This document shows, one piece after another, positions 51,598-63,775 of a DNA stretch of 64,000 nt. Each line of letters opens with the position of its first letter. The stretch's first letter is position 1. Source of the DNA: Eremomyces bilateralis CBS 781.70 (Eukaryota); assembly GCA_010015585.1 (NCBI GenBank), contig ML975152.1. One strand, given 5' to 3'. The notes below the pieces were generated by a model. That model searched no databases, was not told where the DNA came from, and worked only from the letters and a program-made list of their open reading frames with translations. The position numbers were made by a program, and so were the translations under genes.

Positions 51598-52059
51598 TCA
51601 GATCAAGAACGGCGTCGATTCAACGTTGACCAGGTTATCGGGCACCCACGGACCTTTCTCCTCCTCAGTCGCGCCCAGCAGAGCCGATGCACGCTCCAAG
51701 GTTCGGATATCCAGGTCCGTCACGTAGTTCTTGGTATCGAGGTTGACGCGGACCTCGAACTCGCGATCCAACATCATGTCGTCCTTCCATAGTCGACGAG
51801 GGCCGTCGTACACGCAGATGACCCGCTTCTTCATGTTCATACGGTCGACTGGACAACCCCAAGACGTGGGATAGTTCTTTCGCCTCTTGCGGCCGGACGT
51901 CTGCCCCGTGAAGGGTACGCCGCCCTTGCTGAACGTGAGACCGGCGCGGGTTCCAACGTGACCAGTTCCTCTCCCACCAGTGGTCTTGGCGATGCGGTTG
52001 TGAGGGTTGCCACCCCCGACGTGCTGCGAAGGGCCGACACCTCGGGGATGTGCTAATTG
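51598..52059 (-). CDS. Putative readthrough C-terminal extension (153 aa) of the C2H2 TF
   Basis: In frame and stop-free directly after TGA 52062-52060: QLAHPRG...GLTFSKGGVP...RKRRKNYPTSWGCP..RMNMKKRVICVYDGPRRLWKDDMMLD.EFEVRV...YVTDLD; C/G-ending codon bias. Confidence 0.75.
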   Translation of the reverse strand, partial: QLAHPRGVGPSQHVGGGNPHNRIAKTTGGRGTGHVGTRAGLTFSKGGVPFTGQTSGRKRRKNYPTSWGCPVDRMNMKKRVICVYDGPRRLWKDDMMLDREFEVRVNLDTKNYVTDLDIRTLERASALLGATEEEKGPWVPDNLVNVESTPFLI

Positions 52060-54139
52060 TCACATTGGATCTTCTTTCCGGGACCGGATGCCGCCCTTGC
52101 CGGAGCGTGGATCGCTGCTGTTGCCGTCCCCGCTCTCCTCATTGTCCGCATCGTCGTCGTCCTCATCTTCGTACGGGGGAAGGCTGAAGTCCATGCCGTC
52201 TGAAAGTTTATGGCGTGTGAGGGACTCCTTGACATTCTCGTCGTTCTGGACCGACTCGAGGTTCTTCTGGTTGATGGCCTCGCTCGGCTCAATCTGCTGC
52301 ACGACGCGAAGGACACAGTCGTCGAGATGCTCGTAAAACTCCTGGGCGGTCGGGAAGACGATGCTACATGTGGAGCAGGTGCCCGATGTATTGTTTTGAG
52401 GGTTTTGTCCTTTCCTGCCTGGGCTCCTCTTCCGGCTATTGGGTGGGGTTTGTTCCACTCCATGGACCGAAGTCAGATGTCGCTTGAAGACATCGGCGCG
52501 GTTGAAACTCTTCTCCGCTGCGGAACCCGAGCCCGGGCAGAAGCCGCACACCATGGTACCCTTGTAATGGGTCAACGTATGACGGTTCTTGTCATACTTC
52601 CGTGCGAATCCTTTCACGTGGTATTCGCAGGTTTGGATCGGGCACTTCTCGGGCCGCTCGGTTTGGTGGGTCAACATATGGGCCTTGAGGTCCTTGAAGA
52701 CACGACCACAGTCCCCGATCGGGCAAAGCCCCTTGGGGTCCTCCTCGAGATCGGAACGACTTGATCGCGAATGCCTTGACGCCTGTGAGCCAATAGACTG
52801 TCGTCGTGATTCGTTGAAGGTAGGATAGGGCTCGTATCGGTTTCGTGGCGATTGGCTGCCATGGGTAATGTTTCTCGAACTGACCCGAGGGTGGCTATGG
52901 CCCGAATTTTGAGAATAGGCCGGGGAAGGGGGGTGTTCGACGTTGGTGAGATGGGGCGATGCGGTCCCGCCATTGAATCCGGTTGGGTATAAGTAGGGAG
53001 CAGCGAAATGATTGGCGATAAGAGAAGGATCTAAAAGCACGGTCGGAGTTAGCTGCTGCTAAGAGGGTTTGCAAAGCTTCTTCAAGATATATGAAGATCG
53101 ATAAAGCAAGGATAAGGAAAAACCAACAAGAAGACTCCAACGGAGGAACGAAAATGCCGCTGCTTTGATGAAAGAATGGAGATGAAAGAGATTCAGAAGA
53201 CGCAGGAAAGTTGCCCTGGACGGGCTCTACTGCCGCGGATGGGGGCCAAATTTGATGCGAGAGGAGCGAATTTCTTCGAGGAGCCACCGGTGACCCCGCC
53301 ACCGACCTTGGGCCCCCATGTGGTTCCTGCTGTGGCACTTGAGAGCATCGAAGATATGGAGACGCCATCCTGGAGGCTGGGAGGCTTGGAGACTTGAACA
53401 TCCCGCCATCCTGCGATTCGATGGGGGTGACGGTCGACCCGTTTGACCTAGGGATCTCGGTCGGGGTGGTGGCGGTCGGCGACGATGTGTTCTCCAGGAA
53501 AGGGCGGGCAATTGAAGATCTTCTCGGATATCGCAACACAGGCGACTTGAAAGACTCGGAAGAAGAAGGAAAGGCAGAAGACACGCTAAAATGAGACAAC
53601 GAAGGAACTTCAGATGACTCACCCACGCAGCCCGGATCCTTCGGAGCTGCAGCCAGAATGGGACCAGCATCGTAAGAGGAGCTGCTGATGAATGCCTGCG
53701 ACATTGGGAATCCCTCCGCTTGGCTCAAGCCCAGTCCGGCGTATGACCAAGCCTCGAAGGCCGCAGGAAGGGCGGGCGACGGGATCGTCGAGCTGCTAGT
53801 GCTTGAGAGGGACCCGGTCGAGTCGGATGCGGTCGAGAGCCGTGGTGCATTCATGTCCAGCGGCTGGAGAGGAGATTCCGGCGGGCTATACGGATTCTCG
53901 AAGGTCCCGCCCGTTTGCGATGGATCCAGTGGGAAGCGAGCATCGGGGAGTTCGGCCGGGGTGAAGAAAGGCGCCTGCAGGGATTGGAGACTTTCCATGC
54001 TGCTGATGGGGGTGCTGGTAGAAACGGTGTCCAAGTATTGGGCATACGCCGTGTGGGCCGCCGACTGCTCATCGTACAACTGCGCAGTGAAGAAGTCTTG
54101 GTCCGACATGTTTTGAGGGTACATGTAGGATGAGGGCAT
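52060..54139 (-). CDS. C2H2 zinc-finger transcription factor (form ending at the first TGA)
   Basis: Fingers CPIGDC..H..H, CPIQTC...HTLTH, CGFC...HLTSVH, CSTC...HLDDC. Intron acceptor at 53031 with donor 53127 or 53622. Start at 54139, possibly 54588 via intron 54162-54469. Confidence 0.9.
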
Positions 54140-54188
54140 GTTAGGATTCGTGGATGTGGGACTATCGGTCCGCTTGTCAGCATGGGGA

Positions 54189-54287
54189 TCTTGATCAATA
54201 TCCTGATCGATATCTTGATCGATATCTTGATCGATATCTTGATCGATATCTTGATCGATATCTTGATCGGTATTTTGATCGGTATCC
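54189..54287. repeat. 12-bp tandem repeat (TCTTGATCGATA) x about 8
   Basis: Direct reading; gives (DQDI)n on the minus strand but probably lies in an intron. Confidence 0.9.
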
Positions 54288-54850
54288 TTATTTGAGTCTG
54301 ACATGATTGGGATCATAGATAGGGTCGTATGAGGGGAATAGAAATGGCGCGAAAAGAATGGGCGTGCTTTGTCTGAACTACAAAGTGGAAGGATAAAAAT
54401 GCTTTGTGACAGAGTGAAGATGCTCCTCATCGCGAGGCCAGAAAGATTTATAAGAAACAGGAAACTCACTCTTTCACAACGAAAGGGGGCGCTGGGGGGG
54501 GAGGAGCGAACTGATCAGCGGCGGGATCCAAACGAGGGACTCGCCTTGCACGCCGTCGTCGAGACGATGACCGGGATCGCCCGCCCATTACTTCCCATTC
54601 AGGGTCTCCGGGAGGAGCAAGTGTGGAACAGATGAACAGTGGAAGTCAGGATGCAACTTCGGTAGAATGCAGGACACCAATCACTGGAACGGACAATTGC
54701 ACTCAACCACAACTGTTCTTCTCAGTTCTCCTCAGTGGTACTCGGATTCTTGGGAATTGACACAAACGTGGAAGTGGATAGAAAACCAGGTGCACGTGTT
54801 GCGGAGGTAGAAATTAGTAATAAGGCAGGGACTGTAGCTGGTGCAGCGAC

Positions 54851-54894
54851 GGGTGCAGTGAAGGGTGCAGTGAAGGGTGCAGTGAAGGGTGCAG
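54851..54894. repeat. 12-bp tandem repeat (GGGTGCAGTGAA) x about 3.7
   Basis: Direct reading. Confidence 0.85.
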
Positions 54895-57800
54895 CGACTG
54901 ATAAGGCTGATGCCCCACAGCAGAATGTGTGTCGTTCTGAATTGCAGTTGCCTTGTTGGCCACGGCAGTTTATCCTGACACTAGAACAAGGTGAAGGGTG
55001 GATGAAGTATCAACAATTATAATCATCAACAATAGCAACAACAATAGGATGGAAGTGTGGAAGCATATGAGAGGGATGGAGTTCCTGGAAATGAAGAATT
55101 AGACTTGAATAGAAATGGCACAGTGAGGAAGGATATGTAGGGTGTTAGCAATCTGGAACTGAATTTAGAAAGGCTTCGAACCCGTCCGGAGAAGGGGGGG
55201 CGCAGTCGATATAAGAAGATCTTTTTTGGTTTTCGGGGGGATTGGGGGGATGGGGGGAGGCATAGTCACCACCACGAAAATGCGCAGCACCATGACACAC
55301 CATCCGCCGACGTTCCCCCCGATCTAGGACAACACCACGACATAATTAGGTAGTATGCTGCACCGCACGATTTCCAAGCCCTCCTCCAAATCCAGAAAAG
55401 AGCGGAGCCGTCCAACCGTTCGCTTTTGATTGACGCGAACAACACCGACTGCTCTCCACCACGATGCCCACCGCGTCCAGAGATCAGACACCGACCCGAA
55501 CCATGCAGGGCTCCAAGCCGCCGAATGCTGCCAATCTAGCCAGTGCGCCCAATGGAACCTCTCTCCCTTGTCGAGCCTTACGGCGCCCGCGACCATGGGT
55601 GAGTGATGGGTATGCATGTCCGCTCGTCTGTACTCCCGAACTTCCCTGTCCCTGCAGAGCATCATCAAAGAGTCGACTCAGTCAAGGACCCACGGCTACC
55701 GGGGATCTTTCCATCTGGCTGTTTTCGGTTTGGGGGCATGCTGGGCTGGGCCGAGTGGGGATGGACGCGGTCCCTTTTGGCAGGGAATAGAAGGGGAGTC
55801 CCCCGGTGATCCATAACTAGTGACGGCGAGCATCTTGCACAGCAAATCCCCTGTTCCTCCGCCTCGCCGCCTCTTCGCGCAGCCCGAAGGTGTCTGCGCC
55901 ATAAATCCTCTGCACCACGAGTCGGTCTGCCATTCTACTTCTGTGACCACCCCTTTCGTCCTGTGTGCTCCAGTAGCCCTCCCTAGTGTAGGGTAATTGC
56001 CCACTAAATCAATAATTATCAATGATTTTCTCGCGTCTTCGTTTGATAAGTCGGCAGCATGCCAATCTCATCTCGTCTAGGATCGTAAGACAATAATGTC
56101 AAGAAAATAATACTGGTATTTGAGTCAAGGTCGAAACCAAACTCATTCCAATTCTCAATCGCGGCCCGCTTCCTTATCCACTTTCCACAGTGCTGTGGCC
56201 GAAACTCGGACCTCTTAGAAGTCATTGCGACAGTGCTGATCTCGTTCCTGAATCCTGAATTCCTATTTCTCCATTTGGCGGGGTAATCATGATCCGTCAA
56301 TGGGCCGTCATACTACGTATTTTTTAGGGAGGACACTGAGCTTCTCCAGTCGTAACGCGGATGTGTACCAACGGTGAAGACTCATGGTTATCAAGACCAA
56401 CCATGGTTCACGGCAGAAAATCTCGCATGATTGACGAATCGGGCAGTGGAAATGCCGTTTGGAAATGCCGTTGTTTACTTTTCTCGACCATCATGGTCAC
56501 TCTGATGTAATAGAAGTCAACAAATCTCGTTGTGGGGAGGAACGGTGGTCCCTGAGCCACGGCTCTCCTGGAGTAGGGTACCAACCGGAAGTTTCCTTGA
56601 CGAAGTGGTTCAGAATTCAAGATTTATAATCATCGAATTAATTAGTTCTGTATCGCGGGAACGTAGAATTTAGAAACCCGTCAAAGGGCCTGGGCGGACC
56701 GGTCCAGATATGTATCGTCCTCCCCCTTTGACGTGTCAATCACGCAATAATGATCCAACTTTCAAGAGGCATGCGCGTCTTTGGAGGGAAGGGAGGGGAC
56801 CAGTCATTGGCCTGCCAAAGAAAAAGAGGCTCGAATGGTGGCCTTCTCAAAATAATCCCGAAAATGCCACTATGATGCCAAACTACGACCACGTTTAAGT
56901 GTCACAAACCAGTGAACCACCGGGTCAGGAATGCTCGTTAGTATGACCAGCGACGGTAAGTACCTTGATAAATCGATGAGAATTGAGAAGTTTTGATTTC
57001 GAAGGGTCCACACCGATTAGGAAGAAAGAGGCGAGCCGAAGGCTTGTTCTGGACGCGCCGACGGGGATAGATGTTGGATGGGCAGGGGAGCTTGTCTGTT
57101 TGTTTGACAGATCAGCAAATCTGCAGGATGTGAATGTCTTATGTCACCGGGCGACGTGGTCCTGTATCGCCGATCGTTGGATCATTTGGACTTCTCGAGT
57201 TATTGAGAAGGCAGGGTTCGAAGACAGTGAAGATGCCCAGGAGAACTGCTGTTCAGACTTCAGAGGCAAAGTGTTAGCAGAAAGATTCTGTCATGCGATG
57301 CTTCGTGACGTTGGTGACATGGTGGCTGGGCGGGCTCGTCCACAAGGGCGGAACGGGCGCTGGTGAGTCCGTCAGAGATGGCTGCAAAGCGAGTCTGGGA
57401 TCTCGGTTTGGCCGAAGTGGCACTGGCGCCGTCTGGCGGCGTGCCCCCCCATCCTCAAAAGTATCCGATCCTCTACTACCATTACGATAACAGAATCAGA
57501 TTAGATGTTCGTATGTGTGGCATTATTAACAGTGAATGATTTGCTGGGTGGCTAATTCCGCCGTTTTGAGAAGACGGTATCACGGCATCTTGCAAGGTCA
57601 TCCGAAGCGGTGCGACGATTCCACTTCGTCAGTACATGTGACGCTCCAATGAGACCAACCCCATGTGACGACAGAAATCGGATGGTTGCATGATGCGTAC
57701 GATAGATTGGATGTCGTGGTAAGAAGAAATGTCGCCGACGAGAAAATCTGCAGAGCGGACATGGAGTTGAGGCTTGGAGAAACGGAGAGGCGGTGGAAAT

Positions 57801-58134
57801 AGCGGCGGGAGACGCAAGAGAAGGAGCAGTCGAAAGTTCCATTGCGGGAAACACCCCTACTAGTTCCTATATTTGGCAGCCGCTAGGCCTATTTAGGATT
57901 AAAATGAGCCTCAACTGGGGCTTGTGACGCCATCAGGCGATTCTCGACACCGCCTCCTCCATTCTTGGCTCCAATGAACCTAGAGAGAAGCGAAGTTTGA
58001 GACAAAACCATGAATGCAGATTTATATTGGTTACTACTTGGATCAGTACAGGTTAACGGTAGTTCCGTAGGTATCCCTACCAGGCGGAGGGTCCAGAAAT
58101 CTCTTGTTGAAGTCTTGTAGCCAGTTCAGACCTA

Positions 58135-58206
58135 TGGGTATTGGTTTCATGGTGCATTCCTTGGTATATTGGCTTTCATGATACATTCCCTGGGATATTG
58201 GGTTCA
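58135..58206. repeat. Degenerate tandem repeat, unit about 28 bp, x about 2.5
   Basis: tattggtttcatggtgcattcc / tattggctttcatgatacattcc / tattgggttca. Confidence 0.55.
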
Positions 58207-61200
58207 CCACTCAAGGTGCAAGATGCTATATATCGGTACGTAGTATTGATATTATGAGATGTTGCAGTGGCGAGTGGTGAGGCACCGAACGCCACCATGC
58301 ACCTAGCCCAGCCATGGTCAGAGTAGAACCTCACAGGGCTGACTGGATTCTGCGATCTGGCCCCTCTCTACCCAGTCTACCAGAGTGCCAGTATTACTAT
58401 CTATGCTCATTTGCCCCAAAGGCGTAAAGTTAACGTATCCGTCGAAATATCGGCGGTTGCAACCTTGTCCATCATCGATGCCAATGATCACTGCAATGAC
58501 TTCTCCACCGTACGTTCACGGAGCTATCACTAATGGTCCGCCTATCTCCCCGAATTGACGACCGTTACACGTACGGAGCAGATGGATAGTTGTTAGTTGG
58601 ACCCCAGGATTCCATGCTTGCTAGCCGAAAATAAATCCACCGGAAACAGATTCGCCGGGTACAGGGGTTGAATACCTATATCAGGAGAACCGTTCATGGT
58701 TAGAGAAGCGACGGAGACGATTCAAGGTTGTAAAATGCAACGCCTTGATGCTGCAATGGACCCAAATCGGAAGGCCGGGTCACTATGTCATCCCTATCAT
58801 GTTTGCGGTTCCAAAAGGCAACCTCATCATCGGTTGGAGCGGCGACTTATGGGAAGAGTTGCCATTTTTTGAACTCTAGTCGAGTTACACACGGTTGTCC
58901 GCTACTCGAAGTCCCGACCCCGCATTATGACATCCAACTGAAACCATTCCGAACGTGCAGACCATGTGAAATGGAAAAGATGCATATATTCAAAGGTCGC
59001 GATGCAGCAGGATCTCACCACACCTAGGTTCGATAAAGTACCTCGGTGCCATATTGCTTATTAGGTGGTACTCACGAACGACGGCCAAATGACCCGAAGA
59101 GATGGTCCTCAATCTGCAATGAATGCAGTTGACGATTCCAATGGGCGGGTACACGTAGGACGAGTTCCTGAAACCACACCGGTGGAAAAATTGACATCTG
59201 CTTTCGTCCTTCGACGCTCTTTGCGTCCCAGCAATTGCAATCCCGATCACTAGTTCGTATCACGTCATTTGGTTGGGTGGCAGTTGCACGACCGCAAAAC
59301 TACTGTCCTGGATGCCGTATTGATCCTGTGCACACAATCTCGGGCAGTACAGGGAGATCCAGGCCCAGTTAAAATAGCAACAATGATTTGGCTCGGTCGT
59401 CGGTACATGACAGTCGACAGAGGACTTGAATTCTTCTCCTATTTTCTAATCACCGTCAGAAACCGGGTGAACGAAGTCACTCACTTCGTGCCGGCTGCCC
59501 GCCTGCCGTTGGGGGAGCATTGCTAAACTTCACAAAACCCGGAAATAAGTCTATCCCCTGAGTCTTGAGGCGATGGGCCTGTTTCAGATGGCCGGCTATG
59601 AATCCAAACGTCAGAAGTCAATTGGCAGCGTATAAATATGGAGTGCGGACAGTTTGGGTATTTTGGGGCTATTCAGGGGATGGCGAATAAGGCGATGCTC
59701 TGCCGGGTCTGCCCTGCCCGTGCAGCATCAATTTCCAGCGTAAGCGCGGGATCACGATTTCTCCGATCCCCAATTTCGTTTCTGCCATCGGCCATGGGAA
59801 CAATACACTCGACTCTCGGCATCAGCAATTGAATCATGAATCATGATCGCTCTATCTAAAGTTAATCCATTATCACTCCCGAGTCTTGAGTTCTGAACCA
59901 TTTCACAGGGTATGTCTGACGACATGCGACCTGGATTCATGGTATGGAAATTGCAATAATGCCCATTGTCATCGAAACCGGGCACCAGGCATATGGAGTC
60001 CGACAGAAGGGAAAGATCCTTCCGGCATCACCACTGCGGTCTACACCAACCACTCGCAGACTCGGACACTTTCCTGTTGTCCCCTGGAGCGGCACTTCCG
60101 ACGTGCGACCCCTAAACTTGTGATCCCCTGCTCACATAATCGGAGTCTATTGATGGCATACAATGTAAGTCATCGATAAGGGTGGATGTTGTGGGACGGG
60201 AATGGGAACCCTTCCTCCTGCATTGTCACCGTCCGTGGTCCATCACAAGGCCCATAGATGTGGTCGATAGGTATCAGCGGCATGGGAGGAATTAGGATGC
60301 GTTGTCGTCAGTCGTCTTTGTCGACAGGGTCACAGCCCAGACCCGGCAGCCTTGCGCCCTGCTCATCGACCATGCGACCATCAACCAGTGGTTTGTTTCT
60401 GGTGTCCAAGACATCGTGAAAGCCCTTTTGGCTGCATCCAGATTCGCGATTCCGGTGGCACACGTCCACGAACCTCCTTTAGGGCCTCCGCTTCCAGGCA
60501 TGACAACCGACCAGGCGGCAAGACAAGAAACACCACGCGACAGACCCTAGTCAGTCCGGACTGTCGGTTGCAGGATTCGGCTGGGGACGCCGATCGCAGG
60601 CGAAATGCGTAGTGTGTGGCTGACTGAGGAGTCAGAAGTGTGGACTAGGATCTGACTTGAGAGGCAGGGGAAGCTTCGACTTAACGGATTCGGACAAGCG
60701 CGTGAGCGAGACTGCAGCCAAGAGAAATAAGGATGAGTTAGTACTCCGTACATGTTTCCAATTTCCATTCATCCATTTAGTTCCAACCTCAACTGGATCT
60801 CTCCGATATCGAATGCCACGCAAGTGGAATTTGGAAAAGTGGCCGAACAATCATCGTTGCAGAATGCCGAGTCGAGAGTCTAGAACGCGCTCATATCATC
60901 CACCCGTCTAGCACCTCGACACTTTCGGCTCAACCTTCAGTCGGGCTCAGCCTTATTTCGGCAGTTCTACTTGACGAACAGGGAAACCAAACTTTCACGC
61001 TTCGTGACCCCTGTATCGTCATCTCGTCACCACACATGCCCGATATCAAGGTTGCCAGGCTCAGTTGTGAGGTTCAGAGTAACTCCCCAACGTCCATTAC
61101 CTTCACTTCAGAGTCGCTGCCGAGGGATAGTTCAGATTCTCAGGATTTCGATCCCAGTCTTGCTTTAGAGTGTCATCAAGCATAAAGCTTCGAAAAGCCC

Positions 61201-62404
61201 CCAATGCGGGTCCGAGGGCAGTTGAGCCGCCATATGTGGATTTCAACGGTCTTCTACTGGATCGACATCGTAGCGCCACGGCGTTGGCGGTTGGCTGCTC
61301 GTGCGATTCGATACTTCACCAGGTTCACCTTTGTCACCGTGTGTAGTACTCCACCGCGGTTGGTAAGCTCCGTTCAAAACGAAGTAGAAACATTGACTGA
61401 ACGATTATATCGGTCTCAAATTGGTCAGCAGAGAGTCCCCTCAACTCAATTCCTTCCTCGGACGTTGGGAAGTTCATGGGAATGGAACATTTGAGCATGC
61501 TGTGTACTTTGAGGACTGAGGTACATCCAAATAAACTTTGCCTATTGAATCCCTCGAACCAATAGATATTAGCCAGAAAATCCCTGGATCGGAAAGTCCC
61601 GCCGGATGCTACTGAAGTTCGGTCCCATGGAGCAGTTGGTTAACCGGTTTCATTGGGTTTCGACTTCATTTCAAGCATCTCGACCGTTGACACCAGCGTG
61701 CCCGCCTCACTGCCGTATACTGGTCACATCTAGTATCCTTTAATGCTGGAAGGATTCGGTGTTCACACCACGGCCAGAATTATGAGAGGAAGCCGTCAAT
61801 GATGCATTCAACAACGTCCCAATGGAAGTTTCTGAGTCTGACGCACCCTCTTGGAGCAAATTCTAAAATCTTTTCGGCGGACAGGAACATGTTGCACCCA
61901 AAACATATCTCTGGCTCTCGCCTGATATAATCCTACCGTTTGAGGGAGTCTAGAAGCTTCTTTCGAACGACTCATTATCGGGGAGATGGGTAGGTGGGTA
62001 TCTTGGGAGGTAGTTATTATGGGGCCAGTACCGAACAATCGCGAAGTCGACGATAACACGTTTGTATACTGTTTAGACTTCACCGGTTCACCTTCATCGA
62101 TGATGGTCAACCCCTGGGCTCGATACAGAGCAGAACATCATGATGAGGTGCGTAACCAGACTCCGGAGCATCAATTTTTGACACCCACCCGCCAGTCCAC
62201 CATGGTTCGGAGCTTTGGGTCCATCTACAGATCATTATTCAATCCCTTGGGACTGTCCCTAGCCTTTCGGAAGTAGGACATGAATGACGATCCGTATGTG
62301 ATCCAATGTGGCATGTGACCCCAACCAAGATGACAGAGTACATGTATTCAGAGGGGCTTTGGACTTTGGTACAGAGTACACGGACGGGATCCGAAATGAG
62401 AATC

Positions 62405-62460
62405 GCCAATTCGACGGTGCCAATTCGACGGTAACAATTCTATGGCACCAATTCTATGGC
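62405..62460. repeat. 14-bp tandem repeat (CCAATTCGACGGTG-like) x4
   Basis: gccaattcgacggt x2 then caattctatggc x2. Confidence 0.75.
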
Positions 62461-62629
62461 GTTGTTGATACTTGGCATTGTTGATATTCATCGCAGCGCG
62501 GCGCGAGGCCTGGATCGGTCCCTACCAAGCTTTGCTTCTCCGATATGACGAGCTCTGTTGGCATAATTCAACCTTGGCTCCACATTTTCGATATCCAATA
62601 CCACATCGACACATTTCATACTGGGAAAT

Positions 62630-63775
62630 TTAGGAACTAGTCGAAGGGACCCCGATGGAATAAAGAATGTCATCCATCTGGGTAGGGTTCCGTTTGAGAG
62701 CATCCCATTCTTCCTGATTTTTTACCATCAACGTGCCTGCTAATAGGGTACCATTGAAACATGCGGTTCCGGCCACTGTGCCGTTCGCATCTAGGGTCGG
62801 AGCGCCTTCATTCGAGCGAGGACAAATGACCATTCCTCCCTCAACCATTCCAAGGTTGTAACTAAATGGGACGGGCCCGTCGAATGAGGATGGAGAATTT
62901 GTCGTCTCTGGGGACTGTACTTGATCACCACAGTGGTTGATCAATCTGCGATAGACATGGTAGATGTTACCGAAGGAACAGTCCTCCGAAATCGGCAGCC
63001 CGAAATGCGAACAGGGTAGCGAAGGCAGCACTTTGAACCCTTCGAATTGTTAGCTAAGCATCGTATTTATCGTCGGATGATATAATTCTCTGAAGTATTC
63101 TGGTGAAGATCGACGTGCAGCGTGGGCCAACTTGCCTGCTTTCTCCACGGGTGACGCGATGATAGAATCAATCAAAGGGGCCCATGCGAGCTGAGAATCG
63201 TCCCCATCCATCGACTCGACGGGGAGGAACTGAAGGTGTCGGTGTGGTTGACTGGCGCCACTGAACGGCCCCGAGTTGAAGAACGCATACAATCGCCGGC
63301 CCTCCGATGACCACGACCTCAGCAGCTTGTATGTTTGCAGTAGATCATCCAGTTCAAGCAAATAAGTTTGGGGTTTGTCTATGACTGTAGCGAGAATGAA
63401 ATGGTTCTTGATGATGGGATACTTGTTAAGCACCAGGAAATGGCTCGGAGCCCCTCGTGGGATTTTGTCAATCAACAGGTCCGGATCTGGATCTGCGAAC
63501 GGGTCGACTTTCTTCTCGACTGGTTCGTTTGAAGCAGCACGCTTCTGGACCGGCTTCTTGTTTAAAGAAGGACAATATCGTAGTTGAAACTATAAAATGT
63601 TATCTATGTGTGTCGTTGAAACACAAGGGATGTTTGATGGACTAACCGGTAAACTTGATGCTGTATGAATGATGGCTAGCTCGGTTGGGGAAAATGATAG
63701 CTTCTGTGCGGCGATTCCGGCTTCATATTTCCTAGAAACTAAATCGTGCAATGGCACATCATGTTCCTGCATCAT
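62630..63775 (-). CDS. APA2: Ap4A phosphorylase / ATP adenylyltransferase
   Basis: FQLRYCPSL, DPF, LVLNKYPII, FFNSGPFSGASQPHRHLQF (HxHxQ), SYNL, CPR, NGTLLAGTLMVK. Introns at about 63591-63647 and a GC-AG intron at 63040-63135. Confidence 0.9.

Noticed and set aside
52060..52062. UGA as selenocysteine
   Set aside because: Dikarya lack the Sec machinery; the context fits near-cognate readthrough better.
54189..54287. Tandem repeats as a CRISPR-like array or (DQDI)n protein domain
   Set aside because: No spacers, eukaryotic context, and probably intronic.
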